Assembly: GCA_034717975.1 (NCBI GenBank)
Contig: JAYEMF010000003.1
Location: 1 to 18,956, forward strand
Length of the DNA: 18,956 nucleotides
Reading direction: 5' to 3'
DNA from: Campylobacterota bacterium
GTDB taxonomy: Bacteria; Campylobacterota; Campylobacteria; Campylobacterales; Sulfurimonadaceae
Below, one piece after another: positions 17,283 through 18,956 of this stretch; position 1 is the stretch's first letter, and every line of letters starts with the position of its first letter. Below the pieces are notes generated by a model. It saw only the letters and a program-made list of their open reading frames with translations. It did no database searches and was not told the DNA's origin. The translations under genes were made by a program, and so were the position numbers.

Positions 17283-17288
17283 ATTATA
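17283..17288 (-). promoter_or_regulatory. -10 box TATAAT for the DGC-cvpA-fur-lysS-glyA operon
   Basis: Perfect TATAAT on the minus strand, 30 nt upstream of the ATG at 17252. Confidence 0.55.
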
Positions 17289-17354
17289 CATTTTAAAGCA
17301 TAAAGTTAGCTTTTGATACGCTCTCTGGCCATCTTTTAATCTTTTTTTCTGTAA

Positions 17355-17360
17355 TATAAT
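17355..17360 (+). promoter_or_regulatory. -10 box TATAAT for the DAHP synthase gene
   Basis: Perfect TATAAT preceded by T tracts, as is typical of Campylobacterota promoters. AAGG SD at 17410-17413. Confidence 0.55.
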
Positions 17361-17419
17361 AACCTTAATTTTCCGGTGCAGTATGCACCAAGAGATAACT
17401 ATTTTAGATAAGGTTTAAA

Positions 17420-18769
17420 ATGAGTACATGGAACCCATCAAGCTGGCAGGATCTGCCTATTTTGCAGCAGCCGACTTACCCGGACCAAAAAACACTGAAC
17501 AAAGTATTGGAAAAGTTGAAAAATTACCCGCCTCTTGTTTTTGCCGGAGAGGTTAGAAATCTGAAAAGCCAACTGGCTGAAGTCGTTGAAGGACGTGCAT
17601 TTTTGCTTCAGGGCGGGGATTGTGCTGAGAGTTTTTCAGAGTTCCATGCGACAAATATCCGCGATACCTTTAAGGCAATGATGCAGATGGCTATAGTCAT
17701 GACCTTTTCTGCCGGTATGCCAGTCGTCAAAGTAGGTCGTCTTGGCGGACAGTTCGCCAAGCCGCGTTCTGCAGATACGGAGACTGTTGATGGTGTTACC
17801 TTAGCCAGTTACCGTGGCGATATCATCAATGGCGTTGACTTTACCGAAGCTGCACGTGTACCGGATCCTGAACGCATGATTCATGCCTACAACCAGTCTG
17901 CCGCTACGCTTAACCTGCTCCGTGCTTTTGCTTCAGGCGGTTTGGCAGACCTGCATCAGGTCCATCAGTGGAACCTTGACTTTGCTCATCAGAGTGAAGT
18001 GAGTGAAAAGTATGAAGAGTTGGCGGAAGGGATTGATGAATCATTGAAGTTTATGGCAGCATGTGGTGTCACTTCGAAAACATATCGTACCCTGCGTGAA
18101 ACAGACTTCTATACATCCCATGAAGCGCTCCTGCTTCCTTATGAAGAAGCATTTACCCGTAAGGACAGTATGACAGGTGACTGGTATGATGTATCGGCAC
18201 ATATGTTGTGGATCGGTGATCGTACACGTCAGATTGACGGTGCCCATGTTGAATTTATGCGTGGCATTAACAATCCTATCGGTATTAAAGCAGGTCCTTC
18301 GATGGATCCGGATGATCTGAACCGCCTCATTGAACGCCTCAATCCAGAGAATGAAGCAGGTCGTTTGAATGTTATCGTTCGTATGGGCGCAGATAAAGTG
18401 GCTGATGGCATGCCAAAACTGGTTCAGGCTGTTGAACGGGCAGGACAGAAAGTACTTTGGAGCTGTGACCCGATGCATGGAAATGTTTATAAAACAGCCA
18501 ATGGCTACAAATCACGTCCGGTAGAGAAGATTTTGACAGAGATGAAACAGTTCTTCCAGGTTCACAAAGCTGAAGGTACATACGCCGGCGGTGTTCACCT
18601 GGAGATGACAGGTAAAAATGTCACTGAGTGTGTTGGCGGTTCATTCCAGGTGACAGAAGAGGATCTCTCAAGCCGTTACCATACGCATTGTGACCCGCGT
18701 CTCAATGCGGATCAGTCACTCGAATTGGCATTCTTGATCGCCGATACACTGAAAGAAGCGCGCAAATAA
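17420..18769 (+). CDS. Class II 3-deoxy-7-phosphoheptulonate (DAHP) synthase
   Basis: [60 protein letters not shown] and CDPRLN. Confidence 0.98.
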   Translation: MSTWNPSSWQDLPILQQPTYPDQKTLNKVLEKLKNYPPLVFAGEVRNLKSQLAEVVEGRAFLLQGGDCAESFSEFHATNIRDTFKAMMQMAIVMTFSAGMPVVKVGRLGGQFAKPRSADTETVDGVTLASYRGDIINGVDFTEAARVPDPERMIHAYNQSAATLNLLRAFASGGLADLHQVHQWNLDFAHQSEVSEKYEELAEGIDESLKFMAACGVTSKTYRTLRETDFYTSHEALLLPYEEAFTRKDSMTGDWYDVSAHMLWIGDRTRQIDGAHVEFMRGINNPIGIKAGPSMDPDDLNRLIERLNPENEAGRLNVIVRMGADKVADGMPKLVQAVERAGQKVLWSCDPMHGNVYKTANGYKSRPVEKILTEMKQFFQVHKAEGTYAGGVHLEMTGKNVTECVGGSFQVTEEDLSSRYHTHCDPRLNADQSLELAFLIADTLKEARK

Positions 18770-18826
18770 GCTCAGGAGCTTATGGTGCCACTTCCTCTTC
18801 TTATTCTTTCTCTTTAGGGCACCTTT
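18766..18826 (+). terminator. Hairpin(s) at the end of the DAHP synthase gene, possible terminator
   Basis: Inverted repeat ATAAGCTC-AG-GAGCTTAT over the stop codon, followed by GGTGCC-(28 nt pyrimidine-rich)-GGCACC-TTT. Confidence 0.35.
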
Positions 18827-18956
18827 AATTAAAAATCATAATAATGTTTTGTAAGCGCTATACCAACAGTAGACTCTACGGGCTTTAACCTGTTAGGCAG
18901 TGACCGGTATCTTTTCTAAAGGTAAGAGAGATCTGATGGAGAGTCAAGGGGTGAGA

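Noticed and set aside
17253..17291. Upstream ATG for the diguanylate cyclase
   Set aside because: This ATG directly abuts the TATAAT box and would lie upstream of the predicted transcription start.
18936..18956. Possible start of a next gene (MESQGVR...)
   Set aside because: Only seven codons before the window edge and no clear SD, so it cannot be supported.

Overview
An 18.96-kb stretch of a Campylobacterota chromosome. Gene order and protein style suggest a Sulfurimonas/Sulfuricurvum-like organism (inference). The core backbone is: mltA 3' end, recR, aroE, then a minus-strand operon (GGDEF cyclase-cvpA-fur-lysS-glyA-DUF1882-SPOR-trpE), then a divergent class II DAHP synthase. Two parts look accessory. 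The first is a lone, short alpha-glucan phosphorylase in which the PLP Schiff-base lysine is replaced by Thr (EASGTSGMT). The second is a ~6-kb islet between aroE and trpE. It carries a four-gene envelope-spanning module of unknown cargo (LolD-like ATPase, FtsX/LolC-like permease, LolA-like periplasmic protein, predicted outer-membrane beta-barrel) and a divergent Cache-GGDEF(degenerate)-EAL gene. The islet is bounded by a 10-bp direct repeat that matches the trpE 3' end and leaves an apparent orphan trpE tail abutting the aroE start codon. I found no rRNA, tRNA, CRISPR array, transposase or integrase. All family calls come from motif recognition, with no database search.
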